Source of the DNA: an uncultured Candidatus Saccharibacteria bacterium
Lineage (GTDB): Bacteria; Patescibacteriota; Minisyncoccia; Phycocordibacterales; JAKAEA01
DNA: 64,000 nt
Direction of reading: 5' to 3'
NCBI GenBank assembly: GCA_964520645.1
Contig: CAZFND010000003.1
Span: 881 to 64,880 of the forward strand
A program made the position numbers and the translations under genes. Below the pieces are notes generated by a model. The model was not told where the DNA came from and made no database searches. It saw only the letters and a program-made list of their open reading frames with translations. Below, piece by piece: positions 54,937-64,000 of this stretch. Every line of letters begins with the position of its first letter. The first letter of the stretch is position 1.

Positions 54937-55039
54937 AATGATTATTTTAAGAGAATATTTCAGTTTTGTCTAATATGAATAAAGCTGGATCAGACCAATC
55001 CCTTGATTTTTCTATAAAACGTGATATGGTTGGTGAACT

Positions 55040-55402
55040 ATGACAAATTACAGCCAACGTTCTAAATCAGGAAAATCTAGTTTTAAGCGTGATGAAGGAA
55101 GAGATTATGGACGAAATAATGAGATCCATACTACTAAATGTGCTGATTGTGGAAAATCATGCCAGGTTCCCTTTAAGCCAAATGGAAAGAAACCAGTATA
55201 TTGTAATGATTGTTTTGCAAAAAATGGTGGACAAGGTACACCTCGTACATACTCTGCAAAACCTGAACGATCTTCATACAGTCCTACATCCCAGCCACAC
55301 AATGATTCAAAGAAATTTGATCAAATGTCTACTCAGCTAAAAGCATTGAATGAAAAGTTCGATAAAGTTATTGCGTTATTGGAACAGCAGATTTCTAAAT
55401 AG
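55040..55402 (+). CDS. CxxC-x17-CxxC domain protein
   Basis: CADCGKSCQVPFKPNGKKPVYCNDCF. Confidence 0.92.
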   Translation: MTNYSQRSKSGKSSFKRDEGRDYGRNNEIHTTKCADCGKSCQVPFKPNGKKPVYCNDCFAKNGGQGTPRTYSAKPERSSYSPTSQPHNDSKKFDQMSTQLKALNEKFDKVIALLEQQISK

Positions 55403-55478
55403 ATATTCAACCGTTTTTGTGTTGGATATACAATACTACCGCTATTTATTGCTTTAAAAATAGGTGTATACTATATAT

Positions 55479-55946
55479 ATGAATACACAGATCAAAAAAG
55501 AAGCGTTGGATTTTCTTATGTCTCAGAAAGTAGGTGTTCTTGCCACAGTTGTTGATGGACAGCCTCAGGCTTCATATATTTATTACATTGTCGATGAAGA
55601 TTTCAGTGTCTATTTTGCGACGGTGGTAAATAGTCGAAAGCATGACAACATTCAATCAAATAGTAAGGTTGCATTCACGGTGGGTACAATAAAGCCTCCT
55701 TTTACCGTACAACTTGAAGGAGTTGCCGAAGTTGTCGTTGATGAAAATACTATAAAAGCTGTTACCGCAAATTATTATGATATTGCGACAGAAAATAATC
55801 ATTATCCTGTACCTATAACAAAGCTTGATGTCAGAAATGGCTTGGTGGTATATAAAATAAAACCAATATGGCTGCGTTTCTCAGATTTTACTAATAGAAA
55901 AAATAAGGGAGATCACGGTATTTCTGAAGTCCTTATAGGAAATTAA
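55479..55946 (+). CDS. Pyridoxamine 5'-phosphate oxidase-like FMN-binding protein
   Basis: GVLATV..GQP, YFAT..SRK..NI..N.KVAF. Confidence 0.85.
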   Translation: MNTQIKKEALDFLMSQKVGVLATVVDGQPQASYIYYIVDEDFSVYFATVVNSRKHDNIQSNSKVAFTVGTIKPPFTVQLEGVAEVVVDENTIKAVTANYYDIATENNHYPVPITKLDVRNGLVVYKIKPIWLRFSDFTNRKNKGDHGISEVLIGN

Positions 55947-55955
55947 TTCACAATT

Positions 55956-56438
55956 ATGACAAACAACGAACAAGCAAAAAAAGATGCAGTTTCATTTTTA
56001 AGAGAAAATGTAACAGCAGTAGTAGCGACTTCATTCAATGATGAACCACGTGCTTCGACTATTTACTATTACATGGACGATGCTTTCAATTTTTATTTTA
56101 TTACAAAAAGAAATACAAGTAAGTACATAAATATTGAAATGAATCCTCGAGCTGCACTTGTGATAGGTATGGGGCCAGAACATATTACAGTACAAGCACG
56201 TGGTAAAGCCGAGCTTATTACCGATGATCAAGAACGAGAAAAAATAGTGAACAGTCTTATGGAGATTCATGCGCGTGAACACATAAAAACATGGCCTATC
56301 GAAGAATTGGAGAAATTTAAAGACAGAAATAGGGTTGTGTTTAAGATTAGTCCTACACAGGTATTGTTTATGAATCTTGATAGTACTGCATATCCCAATT
56401 CGATAAGTGATGAATATGTAGAAGTGTTTTCACAGTAA
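55956..56438 (+). CDS. Pyridoxamine 5'-phosphate oxidase-like FMN-binding protein (paralog)
   Basis: AVVATS..EPRAS, YFITKRNTSKYINIEMNPRAALV. Confidence 0.85.
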   Translation: MTNNEQAKKDAVSFLRENVTAVVATSFNDEPRASTIYYYMDDAFNFYFITKRNTSKYINIEMNPRAALVIGMGPEHITVQARGKAELITDDQEREKIVNSLMEIHAREHIKTWPIEELEKFKDRNRVVFKISPTQVLFMNLDSTAYPNSISDEYVEVFSQ

Positions 56439-56472
56439 GTAATATAATAGATTATTAATATAATTAATTTTT

Positions 56473-57015
56473 ATGTCACACGTTATTGTAGAAGAATCAC
56501 CAGTTTCAAAATTTCTTTTTTCAAATACTAAAATGTCATGGTTTTGGCTTGTTGTACGTCTCTATGTTGGATGGCAATGGCTCGAAGCTGGATGGGCAAA
56601 AATTAATAGTGATGCTTGGGTAGGACAAAATGCAGGAAGTGCACTTACTGGTTTCCTTAAAGCAGCACTTACTAAGACAGGAGGTGCGCATCCTGATGTG
56701 CAGGGATGGTATGCAGTTTTTCTAAAAACTGTTGTATTACCACATGCGAGTGCTTGGGCATTTACTGTAGCGTGGGGAGAAGTCTTAGTGGGTGTGGCGC
56801 TTATTCTGGGAGCATTTGTTGGAGTAGCTGCATTTTTTGGTTTGTTTATGAATCTCAATTATTTACTCGCAGGTACCGTAAGTACAAATCCAATTTTGTT
56901 CACACTCGGTATAGGCTTGATTCTCGCATGGAAGAGTGCGGGATACTATGGTGTTGATCGATATTTGTTGCCATTACTAGGTACTCCATGGCAAAAAGTA
57001 AGAGTGGAAAAATAG
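56473..57015 (+). CDS. DoxX/DoxD family membrane protein
   Basis: RLYVGWQWLEAGWAK, GEVLVGVALILG, MNLNYLLAGTVSTNP, AGYYGVDR. Confidence 0.9.
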   Translation: MSHVIVEESPVSKFLFSNTKMSWFWLVVRLYVGWQWLEAGWAKINSDAWVGQNAGSALTGFLKAALTKTGGAHPDVQGWYAVFLKTVVLPHASAWAFTVAWGEVLVGVALILGAFVGVAAFFGLFMNLNYLLAGTVSTNPILFTLGIGLILAWKSAGYYGVDRYLLPLLGTPWQKVRVEK

Positions 57016-57103
57016 AGTTTGTGTGAAATGTGTGCTATAATTTTTGCGAAATAATCTTATTGAACAGTGCATTTAACCTCAAAATAAATAAATTAACGTA
57101 TAC

Positions 57104-58630
57104 ATGGGAAAAATTAAAAAATTCGTCAAAAATTATAAATATTCGATTCCAGTTGCAGTAGTCATTATTATTGTACTTATTTTTGCTTTCACTCGTGGAG
57201 GTAAAAAAGTTACAAGTGAATCTATTACACTTGGACGTACGACGTTGGCACAAGAAATTAGTGTAACAGGACGAGTTCATCCTGCAGAAAATGTAGATCT
57301 TGCTGTACAGTCTGGAGGACGAGTGAGTGAAATACGAGTAGCAGTTGGACAGACTGTTACTGCGGGAGAGACATTGCTAAGAGTAGACTCATCTGATTTG
57401 CAGATTAGATTGGGACGACAGCAAGCAGCTTTGCAAAAGGCGCAGCTCGCTCTCGCAAATCAGCAGCCTGGAGCAGGGAATGCAACAGACGATCTCAAGA
57501 AGGCATATGAAGATGGCTTCAATACTATTGCTGACACATTTCTTGATATCCCTGGAGTTATCACAGGAGTTGATAATATGATTAATAAAAGTAGTACATA
57601 TTCTCCGTATTTAGATCAAGAAAGTATTCGCCCTCTTGGACAAACTGCTCTTGATATGAGACAAGCTCTTGTAAAAGAATACAATCTCGTAAATGAACAA
57701 TATCAAGCATTGTTTACAAAATATAAATCATTTTCTCGAGCTGCAACTCCTGCTGAGCTCGAAGTAATGCTCAATCAAACCTATGATGTGACAAAGCTTA
57801 TTGCGAATACAATAAAAAGCACACGCAATTTGGTAGACTATGTTGAAAATCAACGAACAAATGCGACTGCCGATGTGATAGCAGATATTGATGCTGATCA
57901 AGCAACTCTTTCTACCTATACTCAAAATACAAATACAGATTTGTCAGCACTTCTTACAATAAAAAATACTATTAAAAATTCTCGAGATGCAATTAATAGT
58001 CAAACAAATAATACTGAAAGTAGTAGTATCGATATTCGACAAGCACAGCTTGATATTCAGGACACTCTCGTTCAGATTAACAACCGCACAATTAAATCTC
58101 CAATAGATGGTATTGTCACAAAAATTGATGCAAAGGTAGGAGAAACACTTTCACCGACAGTAAATGCTGTATCAGTTATTTCTCAAGGTCAATTTGAAAT
58201 TGAAGCAAACATTCCAGAAGCTGATATCGCAAAATTGCAGGTAGGTCAGGCCGCAGATGTTACTATGGACGCATACGGAAGTGATGTAATCTTTAAAGCA
58301 CAAGTAAGTATTATTGATCCAGCAGAAACATTGATTGATGGAGTTGCAACTTACAAGACTACATTCACATTTATAGAAAAGGATGAGCGAATTAAATCAG
58401 GTATGACTGCGGATATTGTAGTGAAGGGTGCTCAAAAAGAAAATGTTCTTGCTATTCCACAACGTGCGGTCATTATGAAAAATGGTGGTAAATACGTACA
58501 AGTAATTCAGGGAGAAAAAATTGTTGAGAAACAAGTAGAAACAGGATTTAGAGGCTCAGATGGACGAGTAGAAATCGTCAGTGGTCTTACTGAAGGAGAG
58601 AACGTGGTTGTGTTCACTGATCAGAAATAA
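57104..58630 (+). CDS. Efflux periplasmic adaptor (MacA/HlyD family) with long helical insert
   Basis: GGRVSEIRVAVGQ.V..GE, IKSPIDGIV, IKSGMTAD, VEIVSGLTEGE. Confidence 0.9.
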   Translation: MGKIKKFVKNYKYSIPVAVVIIIVLIFAFTRGGKKVTSESITLGRTTLAQEISVTGRVHPAENVDLAVQSGGRVSEIRVAVGQTVTAGETLLRVDSSDLQIRLGRQQAALQKAQLALANQQPGAGNATDDLKKAYEDGFNTIADTFLDIPGVITGVDNMINKSSTYSPYLDQESIRPLGQTALDMRQALVKEYNLVNEQYQALFTKYKSFSRAATPAELEVMLNQTYDVTKLIANTIKSTRNLVDYVENQRTNATADVIADIDADQATLSTYTQNTNTDLSALLTIKNTIKNSRDAINSQTNNTESSSIDIRQAQLDIQDTLVQINNRTIKSPIDGIVTKIDAKVGETLSPTVNAVSVISQGQFEIEANIPEADIAKLQVGQAADVTMDAYGSDVIFKAQVSIIDPAETLIDGVATYKTTFTFIEKDERIKSGMTADIVVKGAQKENVLAIPQRAVIMKNGGKYVQVIQGEKIVEKQVETGFRGSDGRVEIVSGLTEGENVVVFTDQK

Positions 58631-58631
58631 T

Positions 58632-59348
58632 ATGTCGCTCGTTACGGTACGAAATCTTAAAAAAACATATTACAACGAGGGTACTGCGACGCCTGTATTG
58701 CATGGTATCAACTTTACTATTGAACCAGGAGAATTCGTAGCGGTGATGGGGCCATCAGGATCTGGAAAATCAACATTACTCCAAATTCTGGGATTTCTTG
58801 ATGGCCATACTTCGGGAGAATATATATTTGAAGGGCGGGAAGTGTCTGGATATTCAAAAGCAGAAGTAGCAAAAATTCGTAATCAAAAATTAGGATTTAT
58901 TTTTCAAGCATTCAACTTGCTGGCCCGTACGACCGTGCTTGAAAATGTAAAATTGCCGCTTCTCTATTCTGATATTCCAGAATCTGAGTGGGACAAACGA
59001 GCCAAGAAAGCTATCGAATCGGTAGGACTGTCTCACCGAATCGATCATGAACCAGCTCAGCTTTCTGGTGGAGAAAAGCAGCGTGTGGCGATTGCACGAG
59101 CACTTGTCTGTGAACCAAGTATTATTTTTGCAGACGAGCCAACAGGAAACCTCGACTCAAAATCAGGCCAGACAGTCATGGAAATCATTCAAAAATTAAA
59201 TGAAGAAGGTCATACTGTTCTTCTTATTACTCACGAAACATCTACAGCCGAGCATGCGCAACGTATAATTCATATCAAAGACGGTCTTATAGAAAGTGAT
59301 ACAAAAGTTAAGAATCGTCGAAAGGCGACTGATAACTATAGTAAATAA
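58632..59348 (+). CDS. ABC transporter ATP-binding protein (MacB/LolD type)
   Basis: [34 protein letters not shown]. Confidence 0.95.
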   Translation: MSLVTVRNLKKTYYNEGTATPVLHGINFTIEPGEFVAVMGPSGSGKSTLLQILGFLDGHTSGEYIFEGREVSGYSKAEVAKIRNQKLGFIFQAFNLLARTTVLENVKLPLLYSDIPESEWDKRAKKAIESVGLSHRIDHEPAQLSGGEKQRVAIARALVCEPSIIFADEPTGNLDSKSGQTVMEIIQKLNEEGHTVLLITHETSTAEHAQRIIHIKDGLIESDTKVKNRRKATDNYSK

Positions 59349-60583
59349 TGGTATTAAAGCATCGTATAAAAACTGCGTTTACGGGATTAACTACTAACAA
59401 ATCTCGCTCCTTGCTTACTATTTTGGGAATAGTAATTGGTATTACGGCTATCATAATTGTGATGGCTATTGGCCAAGGTGCGCAGCATTTGATTTTAAGC
59501 CAGGTAGAAGGATTTGGAGCGACTACTATTAGTATCGATGCAGGCAAGCAGCCCAATGGTCCATCAGGGGTGGGAGAATTGTATACTGATTCTCTTAAAC
59601 AAAAGGATGTAGATGCCCTCATGAAGCCATCCAATGTGCAAGGATTAAAAGCGATTACACCGATTGTCTTACAGCCTGCTTCTATCATTTCTGAAAATGA
59701 AACAAAGCGTTCTACTGTCTATGGTGTGTCAGAAGTATTTGGAGATATCTTAAGCTTGTACCCTAATCAAGGGCAATTTTTTACTGCTGATGATGTAAAG
59801 CAAAAAGCTCGGGTAATAGTACTAGGCTCAAAAGTAAAAGAAGATTTGTTTGGATTATCTGATGCTCTTGGAAAAAGCGTGAGAATAAAAGATCAATCTT
59901 TTAGAGTTGTAGGAATTTTCCCAGAAAAAGGGCAATCAATTTTTAATGTAGATGATACGGCACTTATTCCATACACGACCGTGCAGCAATATTTGTCGGG
60001 TACCAATTATTTTAATTCTTTGATGGTACAGGCAAAGAGCGAAGAAAATCTTGATCGAGTAGTATACGATCTTGAAGCAACCCTCCGCGAATCACATGGT
60101 ATTACTGATCCTGCCAACGATGATTTTCATGTTACAACACAAGCAGATGCAGTAGCTATTGTAGGAACAATTACTACTGTGCTCACTGCATTACTGGGGT
60201 CAGTTGCAGCAATTTCACTTATTGTAGGAGGAATAGGAATTATGAATATTATGTTGGTCTCTGTCACCGAGCGAACACGAGAAATTGGTTTGCGAAAAGC
60301 ATTGGGAGCAACAGAACGAGATATTTTGTTTCAGTTTTTGATTGAATCAATGATGCTTACAGGTTTCGGAGGAATCATTGGAATTATTCTTGGCGCAGGG
60401 ATTTCATTTATTGCAGCACTTATATTAAGTGCCACGGTAGCTGCTGGATGGACATTCGTATTTCCTGTGATGGGAGCACTATTGGGATTGGGAGTATCTG
60501 GAGCTATTGGATTTATCTTTGGAATTTATCCCGCAAAACGCGCCGCAGCTAAGAGTCCTATGGAAGCGTTGAGATATGAATAA
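59348..60583 (+). CDS. ABC transporter permease (MacB/FtsX type)
   Basis: RSLLTILGIVIG, VGGIGIMNIMLVSVTERTREIGLRKALGA, PMEALRYE. Confidence 0.95.
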   Translation: MVLKHRIKTAFTGLTTNKSRSLLTILGIVIGITAIIIVMAIGQGAQHLILSQVEGFGATTISIDAGKQPNGPSGVGELYTDSLKQKDVDALMKPSNVQGLKAITPIVLQPASIISENETKRSTVYGVSEVFGDILSLYPNQGQFFTADDVKQKARVIVLGSKVKEDLFGLSDALGKSVRIKDQSFRVVGIFPEKGQSIFNVDDTALIPYTTVQQYLSGTNYFNSLMVQAKSEENLDRVVYDLEATLRESHGITDPANDDFHVTTQADAVAIVGTITTVLTALLGSVAAISLIVGGIGIMNIMLVSVTERTREIGLRKALGATERDILFQFLIESMMLTGFGGIIGIILGAGISFIAALILSATVAAGWTFVFPVMGALLGLGVSGAIGFIFGIYPAKRAAAKSPMEALRYE

Positions 60584-60633
60584 TACTTTTTCTTCCTTTA
60601 ACTTTTGTACCCATAGTGGTAAAATGAAAGGGT

Positions 60634-61530
60634 ATGAAAAAAATCATTATTGCAATCGTTGTTCTTATTTTATTAGGCTTAGGAATTTATTTTATTAGTA
60701 AAGGTGCGTCACAAAATAGTAATGTTGTTTCTAATCAGAATACAACAAGTGAGGATAATACTCAGCAACCCACAACAGTAGATAAGACAAAGTCAGTGCT
60801 TGGTAAATCAGTAGAAGGTCGTGACATTACTGCGTATCATTTTGGTACTGGTAGTACAGAACTTCTCTTTATTGGAGGAATTCACGGAGGATATGAATGG
60901 AACACCGTTCTTGTCGCTCAGCAATTAATTGATTATCTCAAGCAAACTCCAAGTGCTATCCCTGCAAATGTAAAAGTAACAGTTATTCCCGTTATGAATC
61001 CAGATGGATTAAATAAAGTGGTAGGAACTGCAGATGCAAATTTCACTGCATCAGATGTGTCTTCAAATTCAAACACAGTTATCTCAGGACGATTTAATGG
61101 AAATAATGTAGACCTCAGTCGAAACTTTGATTGTGATTGGAAATCTCAAGGAACATGGCAGACACGAACTGTAAATGGAGGAACAAAAGCATTTTCTGAA
61201 CCAGAAAGTCAGGCTATCAAAAGTTATGTAGAAGCTCATACTCCTGCTGCTATTGTCACATGGTACAGTGCTGCTGGTGGAGTCTTTGCCTCAAATTGTC
61301 ATAATGGAGTCTCTTCAGAAACAAACACTCTTACTCAGAAGTATGCAACTGCTTCAGGATATCCTGCATATCAGAAGTTTGATTTCTATGCTCTCACCGG
61401 TGATATGGTAAATTGGTTTGCAAAAGAAAACATTCCTGCAATAAGTGTTCTTCTTACAAATCACTCAGATACAGAATGGAATAAGAACAAAGCTGGTGTA
61501 GATGCTCTCCTTAAATACTACGCTAAATAA
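60634..61530 (+). CDS. M14 zinc carboxypeptidase-like protein (MpaA-like), probably inactive
   Basis: GKSVEGR, GGIHGGYE, NPDG, VDLSRNF, SEPE; His and Glu positions replaced (TWYS, SVLL). Confidence 0.85.
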   Translation: MKKIIIAIVVLILLGLGIYFISKGASQNSNVVSNQNTTSEDNTQQPTTVDKTKSVLGKSVEGRDITAYHFGTGSTELLFIGGIHGGYEWNTVLVAQQLIDYLKQTPSAIPANVKVTVIPVMNPDGLNKVVGTADANFTASDVSSNSNTVISGRFNGNNVDLSRNFDCDWKSQGTWQTRTVNGGTKAFSEPESQAIKSYVEAHTPAAIVTWYSAAGGVFASNCHNGVSSETNTLTQKYATASGYPAYQKFDFYALTGDMVNWFAKENIPAISVLLTNHSDTEWNKNKAGVDALLKYYAK

Positions 61531-62411
61531 TGCAATCTTTCTCAAAGAATCAGCTCATAGCAAGTATAAGTATTGTACTTATACTTGCTATTGCGTTGCT
61601 TGCTTTTCTCTTCTTTAGACAAAGTAATGAAGTTGTCGTCATGCTTCCGGTAGCAACGACATCTCCTGTATATAAAATCATAGGAACATCCGTAGAAGGT
61701 CGCAAGATCGAATCGTATACCTATGGAAAGGGAAGTACAACTCTGGCATTTGTAGGAGGAATTCATGGTGGATATGAATGGAATAGTGTATTGCTAGCAT
61801 ATGAAGCAATGGATTATCTCAAACAAAATCCAAAAGCTATTCCAAGTAATGTAAAAATTACAATTATTCCTTCACTCAATCCTGATGCAGTATACAAAGT
61901 GACCGGTAAAGAAGGACGGTTTGCTGAATGGGAAGTAACAAAAGATACAAAGGTATTAACTTCAGCACGATTTAATTCTCACACAGTAGATCTCAATCGT
62001 AACTTTGACTGCAAATGGCAGCCAAAAAGTACATGGCAAAACAAAACAGTAAGTGCCGGCTCTGGAGTATTTTCTGAGCCTGAAGCACAAGCTCTTCGTG
62101 ATTTTGCGCTTCAAGAGAAGCCTGTCGGAGTAGTATTCTGGCATAGCCAAGCAAATGCTGTGTATGCTTCTGAATGCAAAAATGGAGTGCTACCCACAAC
62201 TCTGGATATTATGAATGCCTATGCACAAGCAAGTGGATACAAAGCTGTAAAATCATTTGATGCATATCCAGTAAGTGGTGATGCAGAAAGCTGGCTTGCT
62301 TCTATCAACATTCCAGCAATTTCTGTTGAACTCAAAACGCATGAGACTATTGAATGGGAAAAGAACTTGGCTGGTATTAAAGCACTTATGAATTATTATA
62401 GTAAGAAATAA
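61530..62411 (+). CDS. M14 zinc carboxypeptidase (MpaA-like)
   Basis: GGIHGGYE, VDLNRNF, FWHS, ISVEL. Confidence 0.9.
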   Translation: MQSFSKNQLIASISIVLILAIALLAFLFFRQSNEVVVMLPVATTSPVYKIIGTSVEGRKIESYTYGKGSTTLAFVGGIHGGYEWNSVLLAYEAMDYLKQNPKAIPSNVKITIIPSLNPDAVYKVTGKEGRFAEWEVTKDTKVLTSARFNSHTVDLNRNFDCKWQPKSTWQNKTVSAGSGVFSEPEAQALRDFALQEKPVGVVFWHSQANAVYASECKNGVLPTTLDIMNAYAQASGYKAVKSFDAYPVSGDAESWLASINIPAISVELKTHETIEWEKNLAGIKALMNYYSKK

Positions 62412-62419
62412 TTACTACT

Positions 62420-63517
62420 ATGAAAAAAGTATATATAATTCTTTCTCTTATTTTAGTTGTGATTGGAGCAGTTGTTGTGATCAATCGTACTCCTAAGTCA
62501 GTAGATATTAAACCCACAAATACTCCTAACTATTCAGGAAAAGATTTTTCACTTACATATCCTGAAGGCTATACCGTAGATGAATCATATAAATATCAAG
62601 CTCTTGGACCTGGAAAAGAAGTGTCTGGAGTAAAATTCACTATTCCAACCTCTTTTGCGACAGGAACAAATCTCTCTGCTGATTCATATATAAGTGTAGA
62701 GCATGTAGCAAATCTTCCTGAATGTTCTGTCATCCCATTTACGATGAAAGGAACTACTGCAAGTATTGTAAGAGATGGGGGAACTACATATCTTATCGCC
62801 ACATCAAGTGATGCTGCTGCAGGGAATCGATATGACGAAACTATCTATGCAATTCCAGGAACTAATCCATGTATTGCTATTCGATACTTTATTCACTCAA
62901 CTGTTTTTGAAAATTATCCAGCAGGAAGTATACTGCAATTTGATAAACAAGCGCTTATTAATCAGTTTGATCAGATACGAAGAACCTTGGTTGTGCATCC
63001 TGTAGTTTCAGAAAACACTGATTCTTCAAATATAAAATGTTTAGAGAGCCCAAAGTATGTTGCTGTTCAGAGAAACATCAAAGATGATGTCGGTTCTGAT
63101 ATTCTGGTAAAATTTAAAACATCTGCTGATCAAAAGATCCCTTGTAAATATTCCGTCGCTCCTGGTGATTTTGAAGTGAAAGAGAATGGAAGTGCACAGT
63201 ATTTTCTTGTATTTACCACAAATTTTCTAGCACTAGACAGTAGTGTTGATCAAGACCCACGTACACTTACCATCTATAACTTAAATACCAAGAAACAAGT
63301 ATATGAAGACACGTATTCAAAGCCGATAACACAGGAAGGAGATGTCCTTACGTATTGGACTCCTACAAATACTAAAGCAACAGCTCAAAACTGTACTCAA
63401 TATAAAGAATACACATCAAAATACACGGGAGCATTTATCGAATCTCAAGTGAGACTTGATTTAAGCACATTAACTAAAAAAGAATTAGGTGAATCACGAT
63501 GTATGCCTTTGCAATAA
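62420..63517 (+). CDS. Membrane-anchored secreted protein, two Cys-containing domains
   Basis: N-terminal TM; FSLTYP, DAAAGNRY; second domain with several Cys. Confidence 0.7.
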   Translation: MKKVYIILSLILVVIGAVVVINRTPKSVDIKPTNTPNYSGKDFSLTYPEGYTVDESYKYQALGPGKEVSGVKFTIPTSFATGTNLSADSYISVEHVANLPECSVIPFTMKGTTASIVRDGGTTYLIATSSDAAAGNRYDETIYAIPGTNPCIAIRYFIHSTVFENYPAGSILQFDKQALINQFDQIRRTLVVHPVVSENTDSSNIKCLESPKYVAVQRNIKDDVGSDILVKFKTSADQKIPCKYSVAPGDFEVKENGSAQYFLVFTTNFLALDSSVDQDPRTLTIYNLNTKKQVYEDTYSKPITQEGDVLTYWTPTNTKATAQNCTQYKEYTSKYTGAFIESQVRLDLSTLTKKELGESRCMPLQ

Positions 63518-63531
63518 TGACCTGTACACTT

Positions 63532-64000
63532 TTAGTGCTGAGTTGTAGTATCAATAATCCAATTGATAGGCTGAGTACTTCGTGAGATAAGATTAAAGAC
63601 GATGGCGACGGTGAGAAGTGCAAATGAAAGCTGTGTATTATAAAAGCTGAGGCCAATTGCTATCGTTGCACATGCAATAGGAATAATGGTTCTAATTAAT
63701 CCTCGGCGAAGCTCAGATTTTTTTACATATTGATGATCGATATTTCCCGATTTGAGTACATAGTCTCGCATCCACAATAGAGACAATCCGATACAGATAA
63801 TATTAATAGAATAAATAGTAATTGCTAATTGAGTATTGCTGTATTCTCCAAGAAGGCGAGATGAGAAGGGAATGAGGGCAATAAAAAAGAAAAAGAATGC
63901 ATTTATAGTTGTCAGTCTCACATTAATATTTTTTGCATAGACTGATGCAATAAAGTGATGAGCACGCCAGTAGGTGAAGATCAGGGCAAAACTGAGAATA
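63532..64000 (-). CDS. TMEM175/DUF1211 family K+ channel (partial, 5' end beyond window)
   Basis: ILSFALIFTYWRAHH..N.FFFFFIALIPFSSRLLGEY. Confidence 0.85.
   Translation of the reverse strand, partial: ILSFALIFTYWRAHHFIASVYAKNINVRLTTINAFFFFFIALIPFSSRLLGEYSNTQLAITIYSINIICIGLSLLWMRDYVLKSGNIDHQYVKKSELRRGLIRTIIPIACATIAIGLSFYNTQLSFALLTVAIVFNLISRSTQPINWIIDTTTQH

Noticed and set aside
51314-57100. Integron cassette array
   Set aside because: No recurring RYYYAAC..GTTRRRY attC palindromes between genes and no intI integrase
824-63656. Numerous 60-220 aa antisense or out-of-frame ORFs in the track
   Set aside because: They lie within well-supported genes and show no recognisable motifs
1-64000. Alternative genetic code (UGA=Gly, as in Gracilibacteria/Absconditabacteria)
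   Set aside because: Conserved genes are intact under code 11 and some end in TGA (dprA, methyltransferase)

Overview
Chromosomal segment of a low-GC (roughly 35-38% by eye), standard-code bacterium with the hallmarks of Patescibacteria/Parcubacteria (CPR): N-terminally short IF2, an array of TrbC/VirB2-like pilins, DUF4446, and CCA-less tRNA genes. The first ~44 kb is housekeeping (mltG, trxB, ftsZ/ftsA, ybeY, rpsU, lepB, pth, rpsA, gyrA, rbfA, infB, iscS, clpB, ddl, alr, rpmG, miaA, parB, topA, dprA, serS, ftsQ-like, dus, dnaX) with 8 tRNA genes. Self-contained promoter-to-terminator cassettes are interspersed among these genes; some are GC-rich orphan genes and some look like structured small RNAs. 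After tRNA-Gln comes an accessory region. It holds a tight operon (kinase-like, sulfotransferase-like, cupin, Zn deaminase, archaeal-type SAM synthetase, HelD-like ATPase), HIT/NUDIX enzymes, small stress/membrane genes, a MacAB-type ABC exporter, two M14 peptidases and a TMEM175 channel. The best leads are: (1) a small transcript upstream of dnaX with an SD-led 15-aa ORF followed at once by a 15-nt complement of the canonical 16S rRNA 3' tail, in a genome whose core genes look largely leaderless; (2) the nucleoside/small-molecule-modification-like operon beside tRNA-Gln; (3) a stand-alone sigma-70 region-2 protein; (4) several orphan structured RNA units; (5) a small palindromic repeat that appears inserted in frame into dnaX. 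All assignments come from reading motifs by eye; no searches were run.
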